64,000 nt of DNA from Chiloscyllium plagiosum (lineage: Eukaryota). The notes beneath the pieces are model-generated. The model made no database searches. It saw only the letters and a list, made by a program, of their open reading frames with translations, and was not told where the DNA came from. The first letter of the stretch is position 1. Each line of letters begins with the position of its first letter. The DNA lies in the NCBI RefSeq assembly GCF_004010195.1, contig NC_057754.1, forward strand, positions 12,509,553 to 12,573,552, in the 5' to 3' direction. Of the stretch, positions 10,633 to 22,624 are shown in pieces. Made by a program: the position numbers and the translations under genes.

Positions 10633-13600
10633 AGTGTGAGGTTCCCTCTGGGCATATTAACGCACCCTCTTTATCCTGTCAGTTTTAATGGTTGAAAATC
10701 TCAGATTGAAATCAATGCAAGAAGAGATTGTGTCTTTCTGTGCATTTTTAGTGCAGTGACTTTATGTGGTGTATGTGCCTGTCTAGTCAACATGAAATGT
10801 TGAGTTCACATCCTGGTGGTGCCTGTCTCTTACATCCAGTGCTCACCATTTCAACTTCTTGGAAATGCTGTGTTCTTGATTCAGAATCACAAATGAGGTA
10901 GCTCAGCATGCTTTTTATGTTTGACCTCAGTCTGTTGTCATTTGGTGTCACATCCCTCCCCCAACCCATGTCGCCTGCATTGGCCCCTTCAGTGAATGTT
11001 GTTTCTTACTAAGCATTGATTCAACCTGGAGCTTCTTTCCACTGTTTCACAAGCACTTCTTCTCATCCTCTTTTGTTCTCACTCCTTCATTCCAGGTTTG
11101 TTGGGAATGAGGAGGTGAGGCAGAAGACACTACTGACTTACCGGGGAATGTTGTGGTAATGGCAGGCACCACAAGCTGATCACCCTCATTCTCTGCTGTC
11201 ACCATTCGTTCATTTTACACCAACAGCAAATACATCATTATAATCCTAAGACTGTGGTGGATTTTGTTTTCTGATGCACTATGAATTCTAATTAGAATTC
11301 TAAAGGCTCATAATGTTTGGAGGGAATGAATGTCTCCTTACCTCAGGCCTAAGTGACATATACATTATCCGGAGAATGTGAGCCCAGTTCCACACACTCC
11401 AGCCAGGGGCAGAGAAAACCTCTCAGCAGCTCCACTTATTGACTGTCTCCGAACGTCAGACTTTTCAAAGAGCTAAAATGGGAAATAAGGGGCATGGACA
11501 GACAGAGAGTGGGAGACTGTGAAAGAGGGGGAGGTGGATACACAGAGACAAACAGACACAAATAGGGACACATATTGAGGTAGACAATGAAAGAGCCAAT
11601 TCTCCATTCAACATGGTCGCTAACTGACAGAAAGGAAAAGAAATAGATAACTAGTTAAGCACAGCTATTCACTGGCTCAGGGCGATGGAAACAGCATTGG
11701 AGCCGATAACGTCCTTTTCATAGAATCATAGTCATAAAGATGTACAACATGGAAACAGATCCTTTGGTCCAATTCGTCCATGCCGACCAGATATCCCAAC
11801 CCAATCTAGTCCCACATGGCAGCACTTGGCCCATATCCCTCCAAACCCTTCGTATTCATATACTCATGCCTTTTAAATGTTGCAATTGTACTAGCTTCCA
11901 CCACTTCCGTTGGCAGTTCATTCCATACATATATGACCCTCTGTGTGAAAAATGTTGTCCCTTATGTGTCCTTTCTATCTTTCTCCCCTCGCCCTAAACC
12001 TATGCCCTCTAGTTCTGGACTGCAACACCCCAGGGAAAAGACTTTGACTGTTTATTCTGTCCATGCCCCTCATGATTTTAGAAACATCTACAAGGCCACC
12101 CCTCAGCCTTCGACGCTCCATGGAAAACAGCCCTACCTATTCAACCACTCCCTATAGCTCAAATTCTCCAATCCTGGCAATATCCTTGTAAATCTTTTCT
12201 GAACCCTTTCAAGTTTCACAACATCTTTCTGATAGGAAGGAGACCAGAATTGCATGCAAAATTCCAAAAGTAGCCTAACCAATCTCCTGTAGAGTCACAA
12301 CATGACCTCCCAACTCCTGTACTCAATACTCTGACCAATAAAGGAAAGCATACCAAATGCCTTCTTCACTATCCTATCTACCTGCGACTCCACTTTCAAG
12401 GAGCTATGAACCTGCACTCTAAGGTCTCTTTGTTCAGCAACACTCCCTAGGACTTTACCATTAAGTGTATAAGTCCTGCTAAGATTTGCTTTCCCAAAAT
12501 GCAGTAACTCGCATTTATCTGAATTAAACTCCATTTGCCACTTCTCAGCCCATTGGCCCATCTGATCAAGATCCCGTTGCAATCTAAGGCAACCTTCTTT
12601 GCTGTCCACTACACCTCCAATTTGGTGTCATCAGCAAACTTACTAACTCTATCTCTTATGGTCACATTCAAAGCGTTTATATAAATGATGAAAAGTATGG
12701 ACCCAGCACCCATTCTTGTGGCACTCCACTGGTCACAGGCCTCCAGTCTGAAAAACAACCCTCCATCACCACCTTCTACCTTTGAGCCAGTTCTGTATAC
12801 AAATGGCGAATTCTCCCTGTATTCTATGAGGTCTAATCTAGCTCACCAGTCTCCCATGGGAAACCTTCAATCAATTTTGTGAGACATGGTTTCCCACACA
12901 CAAAGCCATGTTGACTATCCCTAATCAGTCCTTGCCTTTCCAAGTACATGTACATCCTGTCACGCAGGATTCCCTCCAACAACTTGCCCATCACTGACGT
13001 CAGGTTTACTGGTCTATTGTTCCCTGGCCTGTCCTTACCACCTTTCATAAATGGTACCACGTTAGCCAACCTCCAGTCTTCTGGCACCTCACCTGTGACT
13101 ATCGGTGATACAACTATCTCAGTAAGAGACCCAGCAATCATTTCCCTAGCTTCCCACAGAGTTCTAGGGTACACCTGATCAGGTCCTGGGGATTTATCCA
13201 CTTTTATTCATTTCAAGACATGCAGCACTTTCTCCTCTGTAGTATGAACGGTTTTCAAGATGTCACCACCTATTTCCCTGCATTCTAAATCTTCCATGTC
13301 TTTTTCCACATAAATACTGATGCAAAGTATTTGCTTAGTATCTGCCCCATCTCCTGCGGCTCCACACAAAGGCTGATCTTTAAGGGGCCTTATTCTCTCC
13401 CTAGTTACCCTTTTGTTCTTTGGATTCTCCTGAACTCTACTTGTCAAAGCTATCTCATGTTCCCTTTTTACCCTCCTGATTTCCATCCGAAGTATACTCC
13501 TACTCCCTTTCTACTCTTCTAAGGATTCACTTGATCTACCCTGTGAATAGATCTGACATATGCTTCCTTCTTTTTCTGAACCAAACCCTTAATTTCTTGA

Positions 13601-14670
13601 GTCATTCAGCATTCCCTATACCTACCAGCCTTTTTTTTAACACCCTAACAAGAATATACTTTCTCTGAATTCTTGTTATCCCATTTCTGAAGGCTTCCCA
13701 TTTTCCAGCCGTCCCTTTACCTGTGAACATCTGCCCCCAATCAGCTTTTGAAAGTTCCTGCCTTATACTGTCAAAATTGGCCTTTCTCCAATTTAGAACT
13801 TCAACTTTTAAATATAGTCTATTCTGTTCCATCACTATTTCAAACCTAATAGAATTATAGTCGGTGGCCCAAAAGTGCTCCCCCAATGACACCTCAGTCA
13901 CCTGCCCTGCCTTATTTCCCAAGAGTAGATCAGGTTTTGCACCTTCTATAGTAGGTACATCGACATACTGAATCAGAAATTTTTGTATACACTTAATGAA
14001 TTCCTCTCCATCTAAACTCTTAACATTATGGCAATCCCAAAATTTCTTTGGCAATTAAAATCCCTTACCATAACCACCCTATTATGCTTACAGATAACTG
14101 ACTTCTCCTTACAAATTTGTTTCTCAATTTCCCTCTGTCTCTTAGGGATGGGGGGGGGGGGTCTATAATATAATCTCAATATGGTGTTTATCCCTTTATT
14201 TCTCAGTTCCACCAAGATTACTTCCCTGGATGTATTTCCGGGAATATCCTCCCTAAGTACAGCTGTAATGCAATCCCTTATCAAAAACATCATTCCCCCT
14301 CCTCTCTTGCCTCCTTTCTGTCCTTTCTGTAGCATTTGTATCCTGGAATATTAAGCTGCAGGTCCTGTTCATCCGTGAGCCACATTTCGGGATTTGTTAT
14401 GATATCCCAGTCCTATATTCCTAACCAGGCCCTGAGTTCATCTGCCTTCCCTGTGAGGCCACTTGCATTTAACTAGTTTAATTTTTCAGTCCTACCTTGT
14501 TCTCTGCTTTGTCTCTGCCTGCCCTGCCTGTTTTGACGTGCCTTTGTTCTCAACTGTACCAATCTCAGATTGAAATCTGTCCTCTCGCAACTCACCTTCC
14601 CCCACCACCACTCCCTGCACCTTACAAGTTTAAATCCTGCTGAGCAGCTCTAGCAAATCTCCCTGCCACT

Positions 14671-17164
14671 ATAGAACATAGAACATAGAAAAGCACAGCA
14701 CACACAGCACGATGTTGTGCCGAGATTTAATCCTAATGTAAAATATAGTAACTTAACCTACACACCCCTCAACTCATTGCGATCCATGTGCATGTCCAGC
14801 AGTCGCTTAAATGACCCCAATGACTCTGCTTCCACCACCACAGCTGGGACACATTCCATGCATTCACAACTCTCTGCGTAAAGAACCTACCTCTGACGTC
14901 TCCTTTATACGTTCCTCCTAATATCTTCAAACTATGATTCCTCGTACGAGTCAATCCTGTCCCTCAGGAAAAGTCTCTGGCTATTGACTCTATCTATTCC
15001 TCTCATTATTTTGTACACCTTGATCAGTCTCCTCTCTTCCTCCTTCTCTCGAGAGAAAAAAGTCCGAGCTTATTCAACCTTTCTTCAAAAGGTAAGCCCT
15101 CCAGTCCAGACAGCATCCTCGTAAACCTTCTTTGCACCCTCTCTAAAGCCCCTGTGTCTATCATAGAGTAGGGTGACCTGAACTGGACACAATATTCCAA
15201 GTGTGGTCTCACCAGGGACTTGTAGACCTGTAGCAAAACCTCGCGGCCTTAAGCTTGATCCCCCGTTAATGAAAACCAAAACACCATATGCTTTCTTAAC
15301 GGGCGGCACGGTGACACAGTGGTGCCTCACAGCGCCAGGGACCCGGGTTGAATTCCCGCTTCAGACAACTGACTGTTTGGAGTTTGCACATTCGCCCCAT
15401 GTCTGCGTGGGTTTCCTCCGGGTGCTCCGGTTTCCTCCCACAATCCAAAAATGCGCAGGTTAGGTGAATTGGCCATGCTAAATTGCCCGTAGTGTTAGGT
15501 GAAGGGGTAAATGTAGGGGAATAGGTCTGGGTGGGTTGCGCTTCGGCGGGTCGGTGTGGACTTGTTGAGCCGAAGGGCCTGTTTCCACACTGTAAGTAAT
15601 CTAATCTAATCTAAATTGCCCGTAGTGTTAGGTGAAGGGATAAACGTAGGGGAATGTGTCTGGGTGGGTTGCGCTTTGGCGGGTCGGTGTGGACTTGTTG
15701 GACTGAAGGGCCTGTTTCCACACTGTAAGTAATCTAATCTTTACAACCCTATACACTTGGGTGGCAACTTTGAGGGATCTATGTACTTGCACACCCAGAT
15801 CCCTCTGTTCCTCCACACTGCCTAGAATCCTGTCTTTAATCCAATATTCAACATTCAAGTTCGACCTTCCAAAATGCATCACTTCGCATTTATCCAGGTT
15901 GAACTCCATCTGCCATTTCTCAGCCCAGCTCTGCATCCTGTCTATGTTGCACTGCAGCCTGTAGTAGCCCTCTATACTATTGATGACACCTCCAACCTTT
16001 ACGTCATCTGCAAATTTACTAACCCATCCCTCAACCTCCTCATCCAACTCATTTATAAAAATTACAAAGAGTAGAGGCCCAAGAACAGAGCCCTGCGGGA
16101 CCCCACTCAACACTGACCTCGAAGTAGAATACTTCCAATCTACAACCACTCTCTGCTTTCTGTCAGCCAGCCAATTCTGAATCCAGATACCCAAATCTCC
16201 CTGTATCCCATACTTCCTGACTTTAGGAATGACCTACCATGGGAAACCTTATCAAATGCCTTGCTGAAGTCCAAATACACCACATACACTGCTTGACCTT
16301 TGTCAACCTGTCTTGATACCTCCTCAAAGAACTCAATAAGATTTGTGAGGCATGACCTGCCCTTCACCAAGCCTTTAATCACACTATGCTTTGCAAATAG
16401 CCATAAATCCTATCCCTCAGAATTCTTTTCAAAACTTTGTTGACCACAGACGTAAGACTGACTGGTCTGTAATTGCCAGGGATTTCCCTATTACCCTTCT
16501 TGAAAAGAGGAACAACATTCACCTCCTTCCAATTCTCCGGTACGACTCCTGTGAAGAGTGAGGAGGCAAATATTCTCGCCAGCCACTTAGCAACCTCCTT
16601 TCTCACTTCCCGGAGCAGCGTAGACTTATCAATCTTAGTGTTTTCCAAACTTTCTAGCACACCAGCTTCATCAATCTTGATCTGGTCAAGACTGTATCCC
16701 AGCTCCTCTAAGTTTTCATTTACAATAAGTTCCCTTTCCTTGGTGAAAACCGAAGCAAAAAAACTAATTTAGGGCTTCCCCTATCTGCTCAGACTCCACG
16801 CACAAGTTCCCTCCGCTATCCCTGATCATCCCTACCTTCTCCCTGATCATTCTCTTATTCCTCACGTATGAGTAAAATGCCTTTGGGTTCTCCCGAATCC
16901 ATCTTGCCAAGCCTTCTTCGGGCCCCTTCTGGCTCTCCTCAGCCTAATTCTGAGCTCCTTTCTAGCTAGTCTGTAATCCTCTAAAACTGTGCTAATCCTT
17001 GCTTACTCCACCTTACGTAAGCTGCCTTCTTCCTTTTGACGATAAGTTCCTCTGTTCTCGTCATCCAAGGTTCCTTAATCTTACCCCTTCTTACTTGTCT
17101 CAGAGGAACAATTTTGTGCATCACTCATAACAACTGCTCCTTAAATAGTCTCCACATGTCTGCT
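14671..17164 (-). mobile_element. 5'-truncated CR1 of a second subfamily nested in ORF1 of the full-length copy
   Basis: (ATAGAAC)n tail at 14671; SGVPQGSVLGPLLFVIFIN, SKFADD, GNYRPVSLTS. Confidence 0.92.
15301..15738 (+). mobile_element. HE1 SINE plus tandem second copy of its 3' half (15613-15738)
   Basis: gggcggcacggtg head; two taaattgcccgtagtgttagg...gtaagtaatctaatc units. Confidence 0.92.
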
Positions 17165-17191
17165 GTATATTAGTCCCCTTCCAATTTAGGT

Positions 17192-17378
17192 TAAAAATCA
17201 CACAACACCAGGTTGTAGTCCAACAGGTTTTATTGGAAGCACACGAGAACAATCACCTGATGAAGGAGCGGCACTCCAAAAGCTAGTGTGCTTCTAATTA
17301 AACCTGTTGGACTATAACCTGATGTTGTGTGATTTTTAACTTTGTACACCCCAGTCCAACACCAGCATCTCCAAATCA
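17192..17378 (+). mobile_element. Fold-back Penelope mini-insertion with 12-bp TSD
   Basis: TSD tccaatttaggt at 17180-17191 and 17379-17390; inverted arms 17191-17244 and 17286-17339. Confidence 0.88.
17254..17289 (+). ncRNA. Degenerate minimal hammerhead ribozyme motif (PLE pLTR)
   Basis: cac-CTGATGA-aggagcggcactcc-AAAA-gc-ta-gtg; GAAA mutated to AAAA. Confidence 0.65.
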
Positions 17379-18911
17379 TCCAATTTAGGTGCAATCCGTC
17401 CTTCTTGTGCAGGTCACAAAACAGCTTCGCCTGATCCAAAAATGTGAATCCTTCTCCTGTACACCAGCTCCTCAGCCATGTATTCATCTGCACTATCCTT
17501 CTATTCCTGCCCTCACTGGTTTGTAGCACTGGGATTAATCCAGATGACTACTCTCGAGGACCTCCTTTTTAAATTCCTGCCTAACTCACAGAATCGCAAC
17601 TTTTTCCATTCCTATGTCATTGGTTCCAATGTGTACAATGACCTCCTGCTGGCCCCCCTCCCCCTTGAGAACATTCTGCACCCTCTCTGAGACATCCTTG
17701 ATCCTGGTATCAGGGAAGCAACACACCATTCTGAATTTTTGCTGCTGGCCACAGAAACATCTGTCTGTACCTCAGACTAGAGAGTCCCTGAACACAATCG
17801 ATTGCTTGGAACCCGACGTACCTCTCATTACATTAGAGCCAATCTCAATACCAGGAACTTGGCTGTTCATGCTACATTCCCCTGAGAATCCATCACTCCC
17901 TACATTTTCCAAAACACCATATTTGTTTGAAATGGGTAGAGCCACAGAAGGCTCCTGCCCTACTGCCTCTTTCTCTTACCTTTCCTGGAGTTAACCCATT
18001 TATGTGACTACATCTGAGACTTCCCCCCCCTTCCCATAACTGCCATCCATCACATCCCCTTGCTCTTATAAATTCCTCATTGCCTCTCACTGTCTCTCCA
18101 ACCAATCCATTCGATCTGATAGGATTCGCAACTAATGGCATTTATTGCACATATAATCCTCAGCAACCCATAAACTCTCCCTAAACTCCCACATCCGACA
18201 AGAAGAGCATATCATTGCTTCTTTCAATCTACAGAGCCAGAAAATATTCCTTTACAAAACACTGCTCCAGATTAAATTAATACTTCTTGCATATATTGTA
18301 AGTTTAATCAAGAAACATAACTCAGTAGAACATATAATCAAGTGAGAACCCACTCTACTCACTAATGCAGACTTATTTTAAGGTTGCACTTAAAATCCAC
18401 ATATCTGCTTCTGTGCTGTGATCGCTCCCATACAGGTTCCTCCAAGATCAGTTGTGAAGTTCACTGTTATTTTAATTTTCCCAGACGCACTCTGATGTCC
18501 AGTGATACATGAATTCAACAGCAAAGGCAGTAACGGCTAAGTTAGCAATGTGGGTTTCTTTCTCTCTCTGTCCTGCACTGACCCGACCATGTGCTCCCTT
18601 TGTCTGTTCTTCTCCCTTTTAAAAGTGCTGTTGTTTTGACTTTTTTTCTCTCCAACGTTCCAAAACAATGCAACAGAATATAAGACAGTAATTGCTGCTC
18701 CTGGAATTCGAGGAAATCACCTCCAACACCTAAAATGCCTCAAAAAAAGAGCAGCTGTTACATCCTCCATCTTGGATTACCCAGAATCCTTTTTTTAAAT
18801 TTGTACAGTTGACATTTATAACTAATGAGAGCTTTTGATCAATATGTTGACTGGGCAGATAAAACTGATCATTTACCTGGCATTATAATTTAAAAGTGTA
18901 TAACAAACCAG

Positions 18912-19030
18912 GCAATCTGAACCATGAACTATATTTCTCTCCACAGATGCTGCCAGGCCTGCTGAGCATCTTAGTGAATTCCTGTCTTTGTTTCAGATTT
19001 CCAGCACCCTTGGTTCTTTGCTTTATGTTA
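18912..19030 (+). mobile_element. Penelope-type terminal fragment
   Basis: tttctctccacagatgctgccaggcctgctgag...gtttcagatttccagca. Confidence 0.6.
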
Positions 19031-19135
19031 AGCTGTAACATGTTTGGCACAAAATTGGTCAATTGCCAGATCCACACCTCATTCCCTGCTTTAGGAATAC
19101 TGTCACCATCATAAATGAGCAAGGCATAACTCGCA

Positions 19136-19207
19136 TTCCCTGACCAGGAACAGAACCCGGGCCATGGCAGTGGAAGTGCCAGACAATAAGCACAAGACTC
19201 CCAGAGA
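19136..19207 (-). pseudogene. tRNA-Glu pseudogene (72 nt; anticodon position now TCC)
   Basis: Minus reads TCTCTGGGAGTCTTGTGCTTATTGTCTGGCACTTCCACTGCCATGGCCCGGGTTCTGTTCCTGGTCAGGGAA, colinear with vertebrate tRNA-Glu; CpG decay; A and B boxes broken; no CCA. Confidence 0.8.
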
Positions 19208-19664
19208 AGGTGATCATTGTTGCTGAATAAAATGTTTCTCCCTGTCTTTGACATTTCTCAACATGAAAAAAGTCAATTTGGTCCAACGTGCCGTGCCATG
19301 TCATCAAATATTCGTCTATGCTAGTCCCAGCTTCCATCAGTTCATCCATAACCTTGTGTGTTCTGATGCTTCCAGAGCAAATAAGAATGAGATTCTCCCT
19401 GTGACCTTAAATGATACAACAATGGGACTAAAGTTTGACATTGTCTCACTGTGTTCTCACTCCCTTGAGGAACTCATCCTCATTTTCATCCACATAGGGA
19501 GACACACAGGCATATGCCCTGAGAAAGACAGAAGCCTCAGGATTATATCCACTCTACAGTGTAAAGAATGCAAGGGCATTCTTAAGAAGGGGATCAGGAA
19601 GGCAAAGAGAGGAAATGAGATAAGCTTGGCAAATAAGCTTAAGGATAATCCATAGAGATTCAGA

Positions 19665-22624
19665 AAATCCAGGGAAATTTGCTAGCTCTGCTTGGGAGGA
19701 TTTAAACTAGTCGGTGGAAGGGTGGGACCCAGGGAGATAGTGAGGAAAGAGATCGATCTGAGACAGGTACAGCTGAGAACAGAAGTGAGTCAAACAGTCA
19801 GGGCAGGCAGGGACGAGGTAGGACTAATAATAAAACTGCATTTATTTCAATGCAAGGGGCCTAACAGGGAAGGCAGATGAACTCAGGGCATGGTTAGGAA
19901 CATAGGACTGGGATATCATAGAAATTACAGAAACATGGCTCAGGGATGGGCAGGACTGGCAGCTTAATGTTCCAGGATACAAATGCTACAGGAAGGAGAG
20001 AAAGGGAGGCAAGAGAGGAGGGGGANNNNNNNNNNNNNNNNNNNNNNNNNNNNNNNNNNNNNNNNNNNNNNNNNNNNNNNNNNNNNNNNNNNNNNNNNNN
20101 NNNNNNNNNNNNNNNNNNNNNNNNTAAGGAGATCTCAGGTATCTGTAAGAATAATAGGGTAGTTATGGTAGGGGATTTTAACTTTCCAAACATCAACTGG
20201 ACTGCAATAGTGTTAAAGGAGAGGAATTTCTTAATTTCTTAAGTGTGTACAAGACAATTTTCTGATTCAGTATTTGGATGCACCGACTAGAGAAGGTGCA
20301 AAACTTACCTACTCTTGGGAGATAAAGCAGGGCAGGTAACAGAGGTGTCAGTGGGGGAGCACTTTGGGGCCACAAACCATAATTCTATTTGTTTTAAAAT
20401 AGTGGTGGAAAAGGACAGACCACATCTAAAGTTGAAATTCTAAATTGGAGAAAGGCCAATTTTGACGGTATTAGGCAAGAACTTTCAAAAGCTGATTGGA
20501 GGCAGATGTTCACAGGTTAATAAACGGCTGGAAAATGGGAAGCCTTCAGAAATGAGATAACAAGAATCCAGAGAAAGCATATTCCTGGCAGGGTGAAAGG
20601 GAAGGCTGGTAGGTATAGGGAATGCTGGATGACTAAAGAAATTGAAGGTTTGGTTAAGAAAAAGAAGGAAGCATATGTCAGGTATAGACAGGATAGATTG
20701 AGTGAATCCTTAGAAGAGTATAAAGAAAGTAGGAGTATACTTAAGAGGGAAATTAGGAGGGCAAAACGGGGACATGAGATTGCTTTGGCAAATAGAATTA
20801 AGGGAAATCCAAAAGGTTTTTACAAATATATTAAGGACAAAAGGATAACTAGGTAGAGAAAAGGGTCCCTCAAAGATCAGCAAGGCAGCCTTTGTGTGGA
20901 GCCGCAGAAAATGGGGGAGATACTAAATGAATATTTTGCATCAGTACTTACTGTGAAAAAGGATATGGAAGATATAGACTGTAGGGAAATAGATGGAGAC
21001 ATCTTGCAAAATGTCCAGATTACAGAGGAGAAAGTGCTGGATGTCTTGAAACAATTAAAGGTGGACAAATCCCCAGGAACCTGATCAGGTATACCCGAGA
21101 ACTCTGTGGGAAGCTAGAAAAGTGATTACTGGGCCTCTTGCTAAGATATTTGTATCATCGATAGTCACAGGTGAGGTGCCGGATGACTGGAGGTTGGCAA
21201 ACATGGTGCCACTCTTTAAGAAGGGCAGTAAAGACAAGCCAGGGAACTATAGACCAGTCAGCCTGACTTCATTGGTGGACAGGTTGTTGGAGGAAATCCT
21301 GAGGGACAGGATGTACATGTATTTGGAAAGGGAAGGACTGATTCGGGAGAGTCAACATGGCTTTGCGCATGGGAAATCATGTCACAAGCTTGATTTGAGT
21401 TTTTTGAAGAAGTAACACAGAAGATTGATGAGGGCAGAGTAGTAGATGTGATCTATATGGACTTCAGTAAGGCATTTGACAAGGTTCCCCATGGGAGACT
21501 GATTAGCAAGGTCAGATCTCATGGAATAAAGGGAGAACTAGCCATTTGGATACAGAACTGGCTCAAAGGTAGAAGACAGAGGGTGGTGGCCAAGGGTTGT
21601 TTTCCAGACAGGAGGCCTGTGACCAGTGGAGTGCCACAAGGATCAATGCTGGGCCCTCTAATTTTTGTCATTTACATAAATGATTTGGATGCAAGCATAA
21701 GAGGCAAAGTTAGTAAGTTTGCAGATGACACCAAAATTGGAGGTGTAGTGGACAGCGAAGAGGGTTACCTCAGATTACAACAGGATCTCGACCAGATGGG
21801 CCAATGGGCTGAGAAGTGGCAAATGGAGTTTATTTCAGATAACTGTGAGGTGCTGCATTTTGGGAAAGCAAATCTTAGAAAGACATACATTTAATGGTAA
21901 GGTCCGAGGGAGTGTTGCTGAACAAAGAGACCTTGGAGTGCAGGTTCATAACTCCTTGAAAGTGGAGTCGCAGGAGGATAGGATAGTGAAGAAGGCATTT
22001 GTTATGCTTTCCTTTATTGGTCAGAGTATTGAGTACAGGAGTTGGGAGGTCATGTTGCTCTACAGGACATTGGTTAGGTCACTGTTGGAATATTGTGTGC
22101 AATTCTGGTCTCCTTCCTATCGGAAAGATGTTGTGAAAGGATTCAGAAAAGATTTGCAAGGATGTTGCCAGGGTTGGAGGATCTGAACTAGAGGGAGAGG
22201 CTGAACAGGCTGGGGCTGTTTTCCCTGCAGTTTTGAAGGCTGAGGAGTGACCTTATAGATGTTTACAAAATTATGAGGGGCATGGATAGGATAAATAGAC
22301 AAAGTCTTTTCCCTGGGATCGGGGAGTCCAGAACTAGAGGGCATAGGTTTAGGGTGAGAGGGGAAAGATATGAAAGAGACCTAAGGGGCAACCTTTTCAT
22401 GCAGAGGGTGGTACGTGCATGGAATGAGCTGCCAGAGGAAGTGGTGGAGGCTGGCACAATTGCAACATTTAAAAGGCATTTGTATGGGTATATGAATAGG
22501 AAGGGTTTGGAGGGATATTGTCCGGGTGCTGGCAGGTGAGACTAGATTGGGTTGTGATATCTGGTCGGCATGGATGGGTTAGACCGAAGGGTCTGTTTCC
22601 ATGCTGTACATCTCTATGACTCTA
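19665..22624 (+). mobile_element. Young CR1 (end of ORF1, whole ORF2 with few lesions, 3' tail)
   Basis: VVMVGDFNFPNINW, GNYRPVSLTS, YMDFSKAFDKVPH, GVPQGS, SKFADDTK; tail ctctatgactcta. Confidence 0.95.
20026..20124. other. Assembly gap (99 N)
   Basis: Run of N inside the CR1 endonuclease region. Confidence 1.

Larger units (their letters stand above)
11719..18790 (-). mobile_element. Near full-length CR1 LINE (5' UTR, SGNH-esterase ORF1, ORF2) interrupted by nested insertions
   Basis: Tail catagaatcatagtcat; RT/EN peptides 11.9-14.5 kb; ORF1 reads DGLHLNWKGTNI (17.2-17.4 kb) then VAGRFARAAQQDLNL* (below 14670); 5' end with CAAGATGG at about 18770. Confidence 0.9.

Noticed and set aside
19665..22624. 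Potentially active LINE
   Set aside because: Lacks most of ORF1 and the 5' UTR; ORF2 is split by stops and frameshifts
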